Of a DNA stretch of 13,291 bases, positions 1 to 7,646 are shown piece after piece. A program made the position numbers and the translations under genes. The notes beneath the pieces were generated by a model that had not been told where the DNA came from, made no database searches, and saw nothing but the letters and a program-made list of their open reading frames with translations. Every line of letters starts with the position of its first letter. Positions within the stretch are counted from its first letter, which is position 1. The stretch lies in assembly GCA_964013405.1 (NCBI GenBank), contig CAXGWI010000102.1, forward strand, positions 1 to 13,291, read 5' to 3'. Source of the stretch: an uncultured Myxococcales bacterium (GTDB lineage Bacteria; Myxococcota; UBA4151).

Positions 1-493
1 GGCGCACATCGAAGTTCGTGAAGCCACGGTTGACGTCATACATGGCCTTCACGGCGTTGTTGATGGTCGCCACGAGGCCCGTGGGGGCCTTGTTCTCGCA
101 CTCGTGATAAACAGCCAGCCGGCTCTCGATACGAATCTGGCCGGCACCGGCGGCACCGCCGCCCCGGAACTCGTAGTCGTAGGGACACCACTGGGTGAAG
201 TACTCATCTTGATCATAGGGTCCGTTGCCCCGCAACTGCTCCGCATAGGCCTGCTTGTCGAAGCCCGAGATCAGCCCGGTTTTGATGAGCCCGTTGGCCC
301 AACCTTCCAATTCCAACAGCTGCCCAGCATCGGTGTCGATGGCCAAGGCTTGGACGGCCCCTTTGAGCCGCTCGTCAAACTTCGGATCGTTGCGTACCTT
401 CGTCCAAATGGACTTTAAGCATTTCGAGCCCATGCCACCGAGACCCACAAATAAGGTGGGGGTGACCTTTCCTGATGATTCAATGTTCTCCAC
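1..493 (-). CDS. Tubulin/FtsZ-like GTPase (Tubulin_2 / FtsZ-like family), N-terminal 164 codons; runs off the left edge
   Basis: Not in the ORF track. Manual translation from GTG at 493 (SD-like GAGAGG upstream) is open to the edge: MENIESSGKVTPTLFVGLGGMGSKCLKSIW...VQALAIDTD...FRGGGAAGAGQIRIESRLAVY...NFDVR. It has the T1 loop (VGLGGMG), T2 (AIDTD) and T3 (GAGQxR..xRLA) motifs of tubulin-like proteins. The GGGTGSG-type signature is expected beyond the edge and cannot be seen. Confidence 0.88.
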   Translation of the reverse strand, partial: MENIESSGKVTPTLFVGLGGMGSKCLKSIWTKVRNDPKFDERLKGAVQALAIDTDAGQLLELEGWANGLIKTGLISGFDKQAYAEQLRGNGPYDQDEYFTQWCPYDYEFRGGGAAGAGQIRIESRLAVYHECENKAPTGLVATINNAVKAMYDVNRGFTNFDVR

Positions 494-527
494 TGTCTTT
501 CCTCTCTCAGCCCCAGGCTGACGTCAT

Positions 528-3401
528 TTATTGTTTAATCACAAAGTGGTAATTCCGGATCTTGAGTCTAATTGAACTCATGCCCGGCATGATTTGTCCG
601 ACCGGTAAATCCGTGTACTCGATTTCTTGCGTGGCCTGGTTCAAGCTCCAGCTCTTCACGCCTTTGCTGACGATCTCCACGTCGAAGGTTCGCCCGTTCG
701 ACTTGGGATAGAGCACGGCTTGAATCGGGACCCGACGCAGCTTTCTCGCCACGTAACACTTGGCAAAAACACCCTTGGGCGGCCCGCCCAGGATCGCTCG
801 GTTGCAGCGACCATGGGCTGCAGGGTGTGGAAGGAAGCGCCAGATCGCCTTCACCTTGCACTTTTCGAGCTTGTGACTCGGGTGCCCTTCCATGTCATTG
901 CAGAAGGCGACGACATCCTCTGAAACATCGCTGACGATCCACCGAGCCGTCGGTGACTTCTTGCGCTTGAAGTGAAAGCTCCTGCTGAAGAACAGCCGAT
1001 AGTAGCCACCGAGGAACCACAGGACAAAGGCGATCCCGAGGGCGCAAAGGAGCCAGTAGATGAGTGTTGGCAACCAGCAGGTGAGGAAACTCCCAGCCAC
1101 CGTCGCCGGGACCTCCAGTGTCACCGGCGCACCGTAGGCTTTGCCTTCTTTAGTCACCGGCTGCAGCATCAAGGGCAGCATGTCGCCCGCAGCACTGCAG
1201 CAGCGCCCCGGTGTCAGCAGATAATCAAAAGAGGTCGCACCGGGCTTGAGCTTGAAGCGCTCCGGATGGTCCACATCGGTGCTGCGCACAACCCAGCGGG
1301 CCTCCCGAACCTGCGGGTCATCATCGTTCACCGCCGCTTCGGTCTTGGAATAGAGCTTGAAGTAGAAGGGGGCACCGATGTCCGCTTCCACCTTGACGCT
1401 CCCCGTGGCCGCTTGCCGCAGCTCTGCGGTGATCGGCTCCGGCGCAAAGCTCAGCTTGAACTTCACGTTGCCATCCACTTGGAAGTTGCGGTTACCCGCG
1501 GGGTCTGAGCCATCTTTTAGATGGAGCTGGAGGTTGCCGTCGAAGGCCGGATTCTCCACGTCACCATGGCAGAAGGGCCGGGCCCGAAAGGCGATTTGCA
1601 GATTGGTGGCCTCACCGCCCGGCGGCAGCTTTTTGAAACCGTCTTTGGCGCCCACGAGATTGATGTCGAGGCAGTCGGGCATTTTGTCCAGTTGCTCACC
1701 GGCAACCCCTTTGATGCCGATCAGCGAACTTTCGGTGGATTTGCAGGTCACGCTGACCGTCGTCGTCGTGCCTGCAGGGATGGCGCCCACGGCCAACTGG
1801 GTACCGCCTTCGCTATAGGCACAATCCACCTTCCGATTTTTACACTCAAAGACCCGTAGGTCGCCCAAGTCTAAAGGAATCCGAGAGCCGGGTGCGCCCC
1901 ATACTAGACTCCCCTTCAGTGTATGGTGTCCTTCGGGGCAATTAGGCAGCGAGACGATCCAGCGGTCCCCTTCCGGCGATAACCTTTGGTCTACGGGGAA
2001 CTCTACGCTGTTACCGTTTTCGTCCCGCGTCACGCGCTTGAGTTCCCAGGCGGGTTCGTCGAAGGCATCTTTCATACTCGGGTCGAGAATAGAGATACCA
2101 CCGCCCCCCGCCGACTTCGCCTCCGGACTCAACTCAAGGCACACGGTTTTGCCTGGCTCAAAGGTGAGCTTTTGCGCTGCCGGATCAAGGGGTAGCTCGC
2201 CGCACTGCCCACCCGTGGCGAGATAGATCGGCACATCACCTCGGTCGATATCATATTTGGCTAACTGCAGTGCAGACCAAGTCTTCGCTTTGAGCGAGAT
2301 CTTTACCTTCTCGCCGGGCTCGAAGTTCTTGGGGTCCAGACTAAAGGTCACCACGGCTGAAATGAAGCGCTTGCAGGGGCCCGGATCACACTTCAGCTTG
2401 TTCGCTGCATTTTTGAACCCCGCTCTCTTAAGGCCCCCAAGATACTCATCTTTCAACCCACTATGATCGTACTGAAACACATCGGGCACGACGGTCTTCG
2501 TCGGTTTGATCTCTTGTTGAGACTCCAAGCCCTCCAACTTCAAGCCCAAATCATCCCAAGTCTGTCCAGCCTCGGCCTCGGCCAGCAGCACCATTTGTAC
2601 CGATTCAGCACCGACGAACCCTTCCGCCAAGTCCTGGACGGGGCCGCCACCGGCCCGACCGATCCGTTCATCGGAACCCGGTTTCGGATGCAAATAGGTC
2701 TTCCCGCGGGCGGCAGCGATGACCTGAGCGAAGTAGGGTAGAAGGTCTGCGGAGCTGCCGATCTGCAGGGTATCGCCGCCGCCACGAAATTCTTTGGGAT
2801 AGGTGAAGAGCGGCTTGTCTAACTTCACGCGCCCCTTGAAGGTCACAATGTAGAATGCCAAGCGGTCTCGCCAGGCTTTCCCCCGGCTCCAAGCCCCTGC
2901 ACTCTTCAACCTCTCATTTGACTCACCAACACAGTCACCGTCGGTCATGAAGAGCACAACCGGCTTCACCGAATCATCTTTGGCGTGCTCGTCCAACTGC
3001 TTTGCCAAGACCTTGAGTGCCCGACCGCAGGGGGTGAGAGGCCCGGCATAATGACTAATTGGGCTGGCCGGGCCCAGGTGTTCATCGAGCAAATTTTTCT
3101 GTTTGAGCGTGAAGGGCTTCGCGGGGCGGTGAAAGAGTGCTTTGCCCTGATTGAGGGGGATGACCTGAAGTTTGTCGTCATCGGTCAACAGGCTGGAAAA
3201 TGCCCGCACGGCAACGATCGCAGATCGGTGCGTATCGGCCGCTGGGAACTTCCCTTGCTGAGTGGGAAATGCCATGCTGCCCGAATCATCGATCAACAAA
3301 TAGTATTGGAGCTGTTTCACGTCTTCCGCCGCACCCGCGGTGCCTGGGCAGAAGAGCGCAAGGGCTGCTGCCAGGGAAGAGAGACGCATCGCAGAGGTCA
3401 T
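528..3401 (-). CDS. Exported, single-pass membrane-anchored von Willebrand factor A (vWA) domain protein, 957 aa
   Basis: N-terminal signal peptide (MRLSSLAAALALFCPGTAGA). MIDAS motif LLIDDSGSM (DxSxS at 3276-3290), a conserved T (GPLTP) and LFMTDGD. Long beta-rich, Cys-containing region, a hydrophobic TM helix (WLPTLIYWLLCALGIAFVLWFLGGYY) and a basic ~150-aa C-terminal tail. The start could be Met1 (3401) or Met5 (3389). Confidence 0.88.
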   Translation of the reverse strand: MTSAMRLSSLAAALALFCPGTAGAAEDVKQLQYYLLIDDSGSMAFPTQQGKFPAADTHRSAIVAVRAFSSLLTDDDKLQVIPLNQGKALFHRPAKPFTLKQKNLLDEHLGPASPISHYAGPLTPCGRALKVLAKQLDEHAKDDSVKPVVLFMTDGDCVGESNERLKSAGAWSRGKAWRDRLAFYIVTFKGRVKLDKPLFTYPKEFRGGGDTLQIGSSADLLPYFAQVIAAARGKTYLHPKPGSDERIGRAGGGPVQDLAEGFVGAESVQMVLLAEAEAGQTWDDLGLKLEGLESQQEIKPTKTVVPDVFQYDHSGLKDEYLGGLKRAGFKNAANKLKCDPGPCKRFISAVVTFSLDPKNFEPGEKVKISLKAKTWSALQLAKYDIDRGDVPIYLATGGQCGELPLDPAAQKLTFEPGKTVCLELSPEAKSAGGGGISILDPSMKDAFDEPAWELKRVTRDENGNSVEFPVDQRLSPEGDRWIVSLPNCPEGHHTLKGSLVWGAPGSRIPLDLGDLRVFECKNRKVDCAYSEGGTQLAVGAIPAGTTTTVSVTCKSTESSLIGIKGVAGEQLDKMPDCLDINLVGAKDGFKKLPPGGEATNLQIAFRARPFCHGDVENPAFDGNLQLHLKDGSDPAGNRNFQVDGNVKFKLSFAPEPITAELRQAATGSVKVEADIGAPFYFKLYSKTEAAVNDDDPQVREARWVVRSTDVDHPERFKLKPGATSFDYLLTPGRCCSAAGDMLPLMLQPVTKEGKAYGAPVTLEVPATVAGSFLTCWLPTLIYWLLCALGIAFVLWFLGGYYRLFFSRSFHFKRKKSPTARWIVSDVSEDVVAFCNDMEGHPSHKLEKCKVKAIWRFLPHPAAHGRCNRAILGGPPKGVFAKCYVARKLRRVPIQAVLYPKSNGRTFDVEIVSKGVKSWSLNQATQEIEYTDLPVGQIMPGMSSIRLKIRNYHFVIKQ

Positions 3402-3501
3402 AAACTGCCTTCACAGCCATTTCAGCCGGACTTCTACAAGGCCCGTTACCTTTCGTGAAGATGGCCCGCGTCAGTTTTTTATAGGCGCCGACCGAACCCC
3501 C

Positions 3502-4470
3502 TTACGGCAGCTCCTGAGCCCAGCCTTCAAGCAGCGCATCTGGCCTCGGCGCCAAACGACATTGAAGTCCAGCAAGCCCATGAATTTCCTCAATCTCTCT
3601 AAAGATCGTCGGAATATTATTCGGACCACCGAACAGGACGATGCGATCCGCGGGCATGCCCAACTTCATGAGCCCGGGGACAACGTTGTCGAGATCTTTG
3701 AAGGAGGGTTTGTAGTGGCCAGAGTTGTTGGCGATGATCACAGCTTCCAAGTCGCCGGCGGTATCTTTGAGCACCCAAAGTTCGCCGGCCATGAGGATGG
3801 GGTTGTCCTCAAATCGCTCCGCCGTGCCGACGAGCAGAGAGTGTCCTGCCTTGGGTTTGCCGCCCCGGTGCGCCTTGGCGGTCGGGTACACTCGGGTGCT
3901 GTAATCCGGCAGCATCACATAGTCGTAATGGACCCGGTGACCCATGCGCTCGAGGCGGGGCTCATCGAGGGCGATGATGTCATCGAAGCTGCCGCCGCCG
4001 GCCAAAAAGGCCTGCACCCGTTGATCGTACTCCTGTTGCCTCATGTCGGGCTCCAGATCGTCGGCGGTCTTGAAGGTGTTTTTGTAGAGGGTTCTCGCCT
4101 CGGGATAGATGGGCTTGTTGGGCCAACCACCGGAGCCATGGACCAGGCGCCCGAAAGCGCCATCGAAACGGGCGAATTGGGCCCCCGCTTGCCGCAGCAG
4201 TGAGAAGGCTTGATCCTTCAAGGCCAGATAGCCGGCTTCGTCGCGAGCCCGACCCCCGCCGGTTTGAGGGTCGAGGGCATCCAGGGCAGAGATCAGCACT
4301 GCCTCGGCCCGGGCGATCGCCTGGCCCAAATCCTCGTAGACCCCGATCAATGCATCGAGGGTTTCCACCTCACTGCCCGCCACCCGCTGTATTCGCTGTC
4401 CTGCAGCTGCTAACTCGGCCCCTAGCCGGGAGTTGGGTAACCCTCCACCGCTCGTGTTCCCTTGACTCAT
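3502..4470 (-). CDS. Hypothetical protein (~322 aa): helical N-terminus plus C-terminal HS...AGE...NxSGHYxP domain (IQM-core-like, putative enzyme/toxin)
   Basis: The ORF track starts it at 4545. ATG at 4470 has GGAGGG upstream (4479-4484) and is the more likely start. Motifs: YDYVM, AGHSLL (His codon 3841-3843), PILMAGEL and IANNSGHYKP (SGHYKP 3706-3723). Confidence 0.75.
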   Translation of the reverse strand: MSQGNTSGGGLPNSRLGAELAAAGQRIQRVAGSEVETLDALIGVYEDLGQAIARAEAVLISALDALDPQTGGGRARDEAGYLALKDQAFSLLRQAGAQFARFDGAFGRLVHGSGGWPNKPIYPEARTLYKNTFKTADDLEPDMRQQEYDQRVQAFLAGGGSFDDIIALDEPRLERMGHRVHYDYVMLPDYSTRVYPTAKAHRGGKPKAGHSLLVGTAERFEDNPILMAGELWVLKDTAGDLEAVIIANNSGHYKPSFKDLDNVVPGLMKLGMPADRIVLFGGPNNIPTIFREIEEIHGLAGLQCRLAPRPDALLEGWAQELP

Positions 4471-4622
4471 ATCGCTCGCCCTCCGGTGATTCGCCCATCG
4501 GCCTAGCACCGGCCGTCCCCCTTGCCTAGTGGGCCCGCTGGACAAGCCAGGTACCTTGCCAAGATGGGAATCGATCTTCTATGGGCACGTTGATGGGTCT
4601 CAGCCCGCGAAAAGGAATCAAG

Positions 4623-5078
4623 ATGCTGCGCTTTTACCCCCGAGTTCTCCTGCTTCTTGGGGGCCTCGGCCTCATGGCGTGTTCCGAATCTCCGGAAGCC
4701 CTCAGGGCATCTGCTGCGGAGGTGGAAGAACAACGCACCCAGTTGGTGGAGCGGCTCTGGGAGGACTTTCAGGCCGAATCGAAGATGGGCACCTTGGATG
4801 TGGCCGCAGCCCAGGCGAAGGCCCGGGGCACCAAGCCCGGTGATGACTTCGCCCAGGGGGTGGTGGACAACCTCCTCCACAGTGTAAAAAGCGAGTTTAA
4901 AGAAGCTTTTATGAAGCAGGTCGAGGTGGCCGGCGAGGGCAAGGCGGTGAACACGGGCATCCAAGTGGCCGATCAGTTCTTCGCCAAAGACGAGGTGCGA
5001 GCCAAGTGCCGAGAGGCCAATCGGCTGGCGGCCCAAGCAGAAGCGCTACGGAAACAGGCAGCAGGCCCCCAACCCTAG
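4623..5078 (+). CDS. Putative lipoprotein of unknown function (151 aa), helical
   Basis: ATG 4623 is preceded by AAGGA. MLRFYPRVLLLLGGLGLMA-C-SES is a basic n-region, hydrophobic h-region and lipobox (LMAC). A second Cys lies near the C-terminus (AKCREA). Confidence 0.78.
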   Translation: MLRFYPRVLLLLGGLGLMACSESPEALRASAAEVEEQRTQLVERLWEDFQAESKMGTLDVAAAQAKARGTKPGDDFAQGVVDNLLHSVKSEFKEAFMKQVEVAGEGKAVNTGIQVADQFFAKDEVRAKCREANRLAAQAEALRKQAAGPQP

Positions 5079-5138
5079 CCAAAAGCTCGCTGCGTTTCTA
5101 AACTCCAGCCCGAACAAACCCCGCTGGAGGCCAGGACG

Positions 5139-5816
5139 ATGGAAGCAGCAGAAGACCAAGCATCTGTTGGCGTCTTCGATCGCCGGGAGACCGACCAACC
5201 GCTGATCGCCCGGGGCACCTATAATCTCCTGATCGGCGCCACCCTGTGCTGGGGCTTCGGTCTCAACTGGTGGATGGTGCAAAACATCCCACCGGAAACG
5301 CCCTTGGCCTGGGGGTTTTGGCCCTTCATCATCGGCTATTTCATTTGCTGTATGACTGGCGTGGCCCTTTTTCAGGGCTCGGATCAGCCGCTGATTAGCT
5401 TCCTCGGCTACAATCTCGTGGTGGTCCCCTTCGGCCTGGTGGTCAACGTGGTGGTCTCCCAGTACGACCCCAGCTTGGTGGTCGAAGCCATGAAGGTCAC
5501 CGGCCTGATCACCATCATCATGATGTCGTTTGGCTCCCTGTTTCCCACCTTTTTCTTGGGCCTGGGCCGGATCCTCTTCATCTCGCTTCTTGCGATGATC
5601 ATCGTCGAGTTGTTGGCGATCTTCGTCTTTGACTGGGATCGAAACCTCATCGACTGGATCGTCGCCGGTATTTTTTGCGGCTACATCGGCTACGACTGGG
5701 CCCGAGCCCAGCGCATCCCCTCGACCCTCGATAATGCCATCGACAGCGCGGCCTCGATCTACATGGACATCATCAATTTGTTCCTGCGAATCTTGCGCAT
5801 CATGGGTCGGCGATAA
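5139..5816 (+). CDS. Bax inhibitor-1 / YccA (TMBIM) family membrane protein
   Basis: About 7 hydrophobic helices. C-terminal family signature GYIGYDW...AIDSAASIYMDIINLFLRILRIMG, with both conserved aspartates. GGAGG/AGGA upstream of the ATG. Confidence 0.9.
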   Translation: MEAAEDQASVGVFDRRETDQPLIARGTYNLLIGATLCWGFGLNWWMVQNIPPETPLAWGFWPFIIGYFICCMTGVALFQGSDQPLISFLGYNLVVVPFGLVVNVVVSQYDPSLVVEAMKVTGLITIIMMSFGSLFPTFFLGLGRILFISLLAMIIVELLAIFVFDWDRNLIDWIVAGIFCGYIGYDWARAQRIPSTLDNAIDSAASIYMDIINLFLRILRIMGRR

Positions 5817-5930
5817 GGTTAAAACGCGCACGTTGCTCGGCCACGCCAGTGGGCCGGCAGAGGGGCTAGGCGGCCTCGATCAGAAGCGCGTATAGGCTGC
5901 CTCGACACCTTGAACAGGAGTGGGTTTGTT

Positions 5931-7646
5931 GTGACACCCTGCGCCCTCGACCGATCACTCGTCGCCTCGCTGCCGACGCCCCTCGCACACCACCTGCAAG
6001 AGCTTCTCGACGAAGAGGAACCCCGCAGCGCCGATGAGATTTCAGAGTTTCTCACCGTGTTGCTGGAATACGTCGCCGCCGTTGCGCTCGCCGACTATCT
6101 GGCCTGCGAAACGGCGGAAGCTCAACCGAGCCTTGATGGGTGGCTGGTGACCGCCCTTTCCAGCGGACGGGTCGGCCTTGGCATCTGGCTTCGGTGGACC
6201 CAGTTGGCGGTCAAAAGCACACCGGATCCGGCCCTTGGCTTCTTGCGGGACTATGTTGAGGCCAATGACCTCGACGATCCGAACAGTGATCTCAACTGGC
6301 TCCTGGGCTTCAGAAACGATGTAATGCACGGGGGCTTCGTGGCGCCCTTGCCCAAGATTAAGCAGGCGAAAAAGCGCCTCGAAGCCCTGTTGGCTTCTCT
6401 GCAGCCCCTCTTCGCCTTGAACCCCATGGGCTGCCTCGATTCCCAAGAGAGTTGGCTCAACCTCGCCGGCCTTCAGCCCCATCCCTGTGGGGCCCCCGAA
6501 GACCTGCCCGAGCCTGTCGAAGGCGGCGCGGTCGTCTTGTGTGGCGAGGGCGCATCACCCCGGCTTCGCTTGGATCCACTCTGCAGTTTTCATGAAGAGG
6601 GGCTGGCGCTGCAGCATGACTGGAAGCAACACCATGAGTCCCTGTTTGAGCGCACTCGGCTGGCGGCTTTTTTTACCCGTTACCAGCGCGAGCGAATGGG
6701 CATCATCCCCGATGACAGCTGGCGACAGGCCTGTGCTGCGGAGCGACCGCCAGGGGGCTATCGACGTCGTCCGGAGCGGGAGGCTGACTTGCAGCGGTTG
6801 GCTGAGGAGCCCGGCCTGCAGCTGCGCCTCGTGGGCGCCCCTGGCTCAGGACGAAGCAGCCTAACTCACCACTGGATCGAACAGTATCAGGGACCGGTGG
6901 CCGTGTACCCGGTCCTCGCCAACAGCGTGACGTGTGACCCCGAAGTGCTGCGCCGGTGGGTGGCCCAATCCCTCTCTCGACTCTTACTCGAAGAAGACGC
7001 ACCCGCTGCCGCTTTGAAGGCCGACCCCCGCAAGAAAGACCTGCAGGTTCAAGACCAATGGCAGCAGCGCTTAACCACGGCCTTGGCCCGTTGCCAGCAT
7101 CGGCCGGTCCTGGTGATCGATGACGCCGAAGACCTGGGCTCCGGGATTTATGCCCAACAATCAAAGAGCGGCTGTCTTCGCCTGGCCCGGCAAATGAAGG
7201 TCTCAGTGTTGATGATTCATCGGCCCAGCGGCCGGCCGCCAGCCCAAGGGGATGGGGTCATCGAATTGGGGTGCTGGTCGGTGGATGAACTCGGTGTCTG
7301 GGGTGATGAACCGGATGTGCTCTGGCAGAAGACAGGGGGCTATACGGCCTGGCTTGCTGCCCCGGATCGCACCCAAGCCTGGCTGGTATCAGAGCGGGAT
7401 GCGCGCTGTCGAGATCCGCTCACCGCCCATTGCTTTCATGCATTGAGCGACTCGAGCCTGACGGCGCTAGAGATCGCTGACCGAATCGATCTGGCCGGGC
7501 ACCGGGCCTTCAGCCCAGAGGTGGAGCTACAGCTTCGCAGCCAGCTGGATTGGTTGGAGACAGAGAAGGTCACCGAAGCCGGCAAGGACGTGCTGCGCTA
7601 CCGCCTTCATCCGGCCATGGAGCGAGTCCTGGAGGCCCAGCGATGA
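5931..7646 (+). CDS. HEPN-like N-terminal domain + degenerate STAND-class P-loop NTPase + winged helix (~571 aa)
   Basis: GTG 5931 follows AGGAG (5916-5920); the ORF track uses TTG 5910. RNDVMH (Rx4H) at 6312-6329. Walker A-like GAPGSGRS at 6834-6857, Walker B-like VLVIDDAE at 7107-7130. C-terminal wHTH-like segment LTALEIADRI...RYRLHPAMERVL. Confidence 0.78.
   Translation: MTPCALDRSLVASLPTPLAHHLQELLDEEEPRSADEISEFLTVLLEYVAAVALADYLACETAEAQPSLDGWLVTALSSGRVGLGIWLRWTQLAVKSTPDPALGFLRDYVEANDLDDPNSDLNWLLGFRNDVMHGGFVAPLPKIKQAKKRLEALLASLQPLFALNPMGCLDSQESWLNLAGLQPHPCGAPEDLPEPVEGGAVVLCGEGASPRLRLDPLCSFHEEGLALQHDWKQHHESLFERTRLAAFFTRYQRERMGIIPDDSWRQACAAERPPGGYRRRPEREADLQRLAEEPGLQLRLVGAPGSGRSSLTHHWIEQYQGPVAVYPVLANSVTCDPEVLRRWVAQSLSRLLLEEDAPAAALKADPRKKDLQVQDQWQQRLTTALARCQHRPVLVIDDAEDLGSGIYAQQSKSGCLRLARQMKVSVLMIHRPSGRPPAQGDGVIELGCWSVDELGVWGDEPDVLWQKTGGYTAWLAAPDRTQAWLVSERDARCRDPLTAHCFHALSDSSLTALEIADRIDLAGHRAFSPEVELQLRSQLDWLETEKVTEAGKDVLRYRLHPAMERVLEAQR
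7631..7646 (+). promoter_or_regulatory. Shine-Dalgarno plus ATGA stop/start overlap (translational coupling)
   Basis: GGAGG-cccagcg-ATGA. The TGA at 7644-7646 ends the first STAND gene and the ATG at 7643-7645 starts the second. Confidence 0.75.

Noticed and set aside
1..493. Calling the tubulin-like gene ftsZ
   Set aside because: Motif spacing (long insert before GAGQIR) and the vWA context differ from cell-division FtsZ, and there is no dcw cluster.
104..521. Plus-strand ORFs of 104 and 88 aa
   Set aside because: They overlap the tubulin-like gene on the minus strand, which has convincing motifs.
507..527. Minus-strand mini-ORF MTSAWG* immediately after the vWA stop, sharing MTSA with the vWA N-terminus
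   Set aside because: Only six codons, the codons differ from those at the vWA start, and it is easily explained by chance. A role in translational coupling cannot be supported.
3340..4203. 287-aa plus-strand ORF
   Set aside because: Antisense shadow of the minus-strand gene that carries clear motifs and an RBS; no recognisable features.
4471..4622. Divergent promoters and a short ccttgcc direct repeat
   Set aside because: Promoters must be nearby, but no convincing sigma70 or sigma54 consensus with correct spacing could be read.
4623..5078. Lipoprotein as immunity protein for the SGHYxP protein
   Set aside because: It is divergently transcribed and exported, while the putative effector has no signal peptide. 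No supporting evidence.
5046..5831. 261-aa minus-strand ORF
   Set aside because: Antisense shadow of the BI-1/YccA gene.
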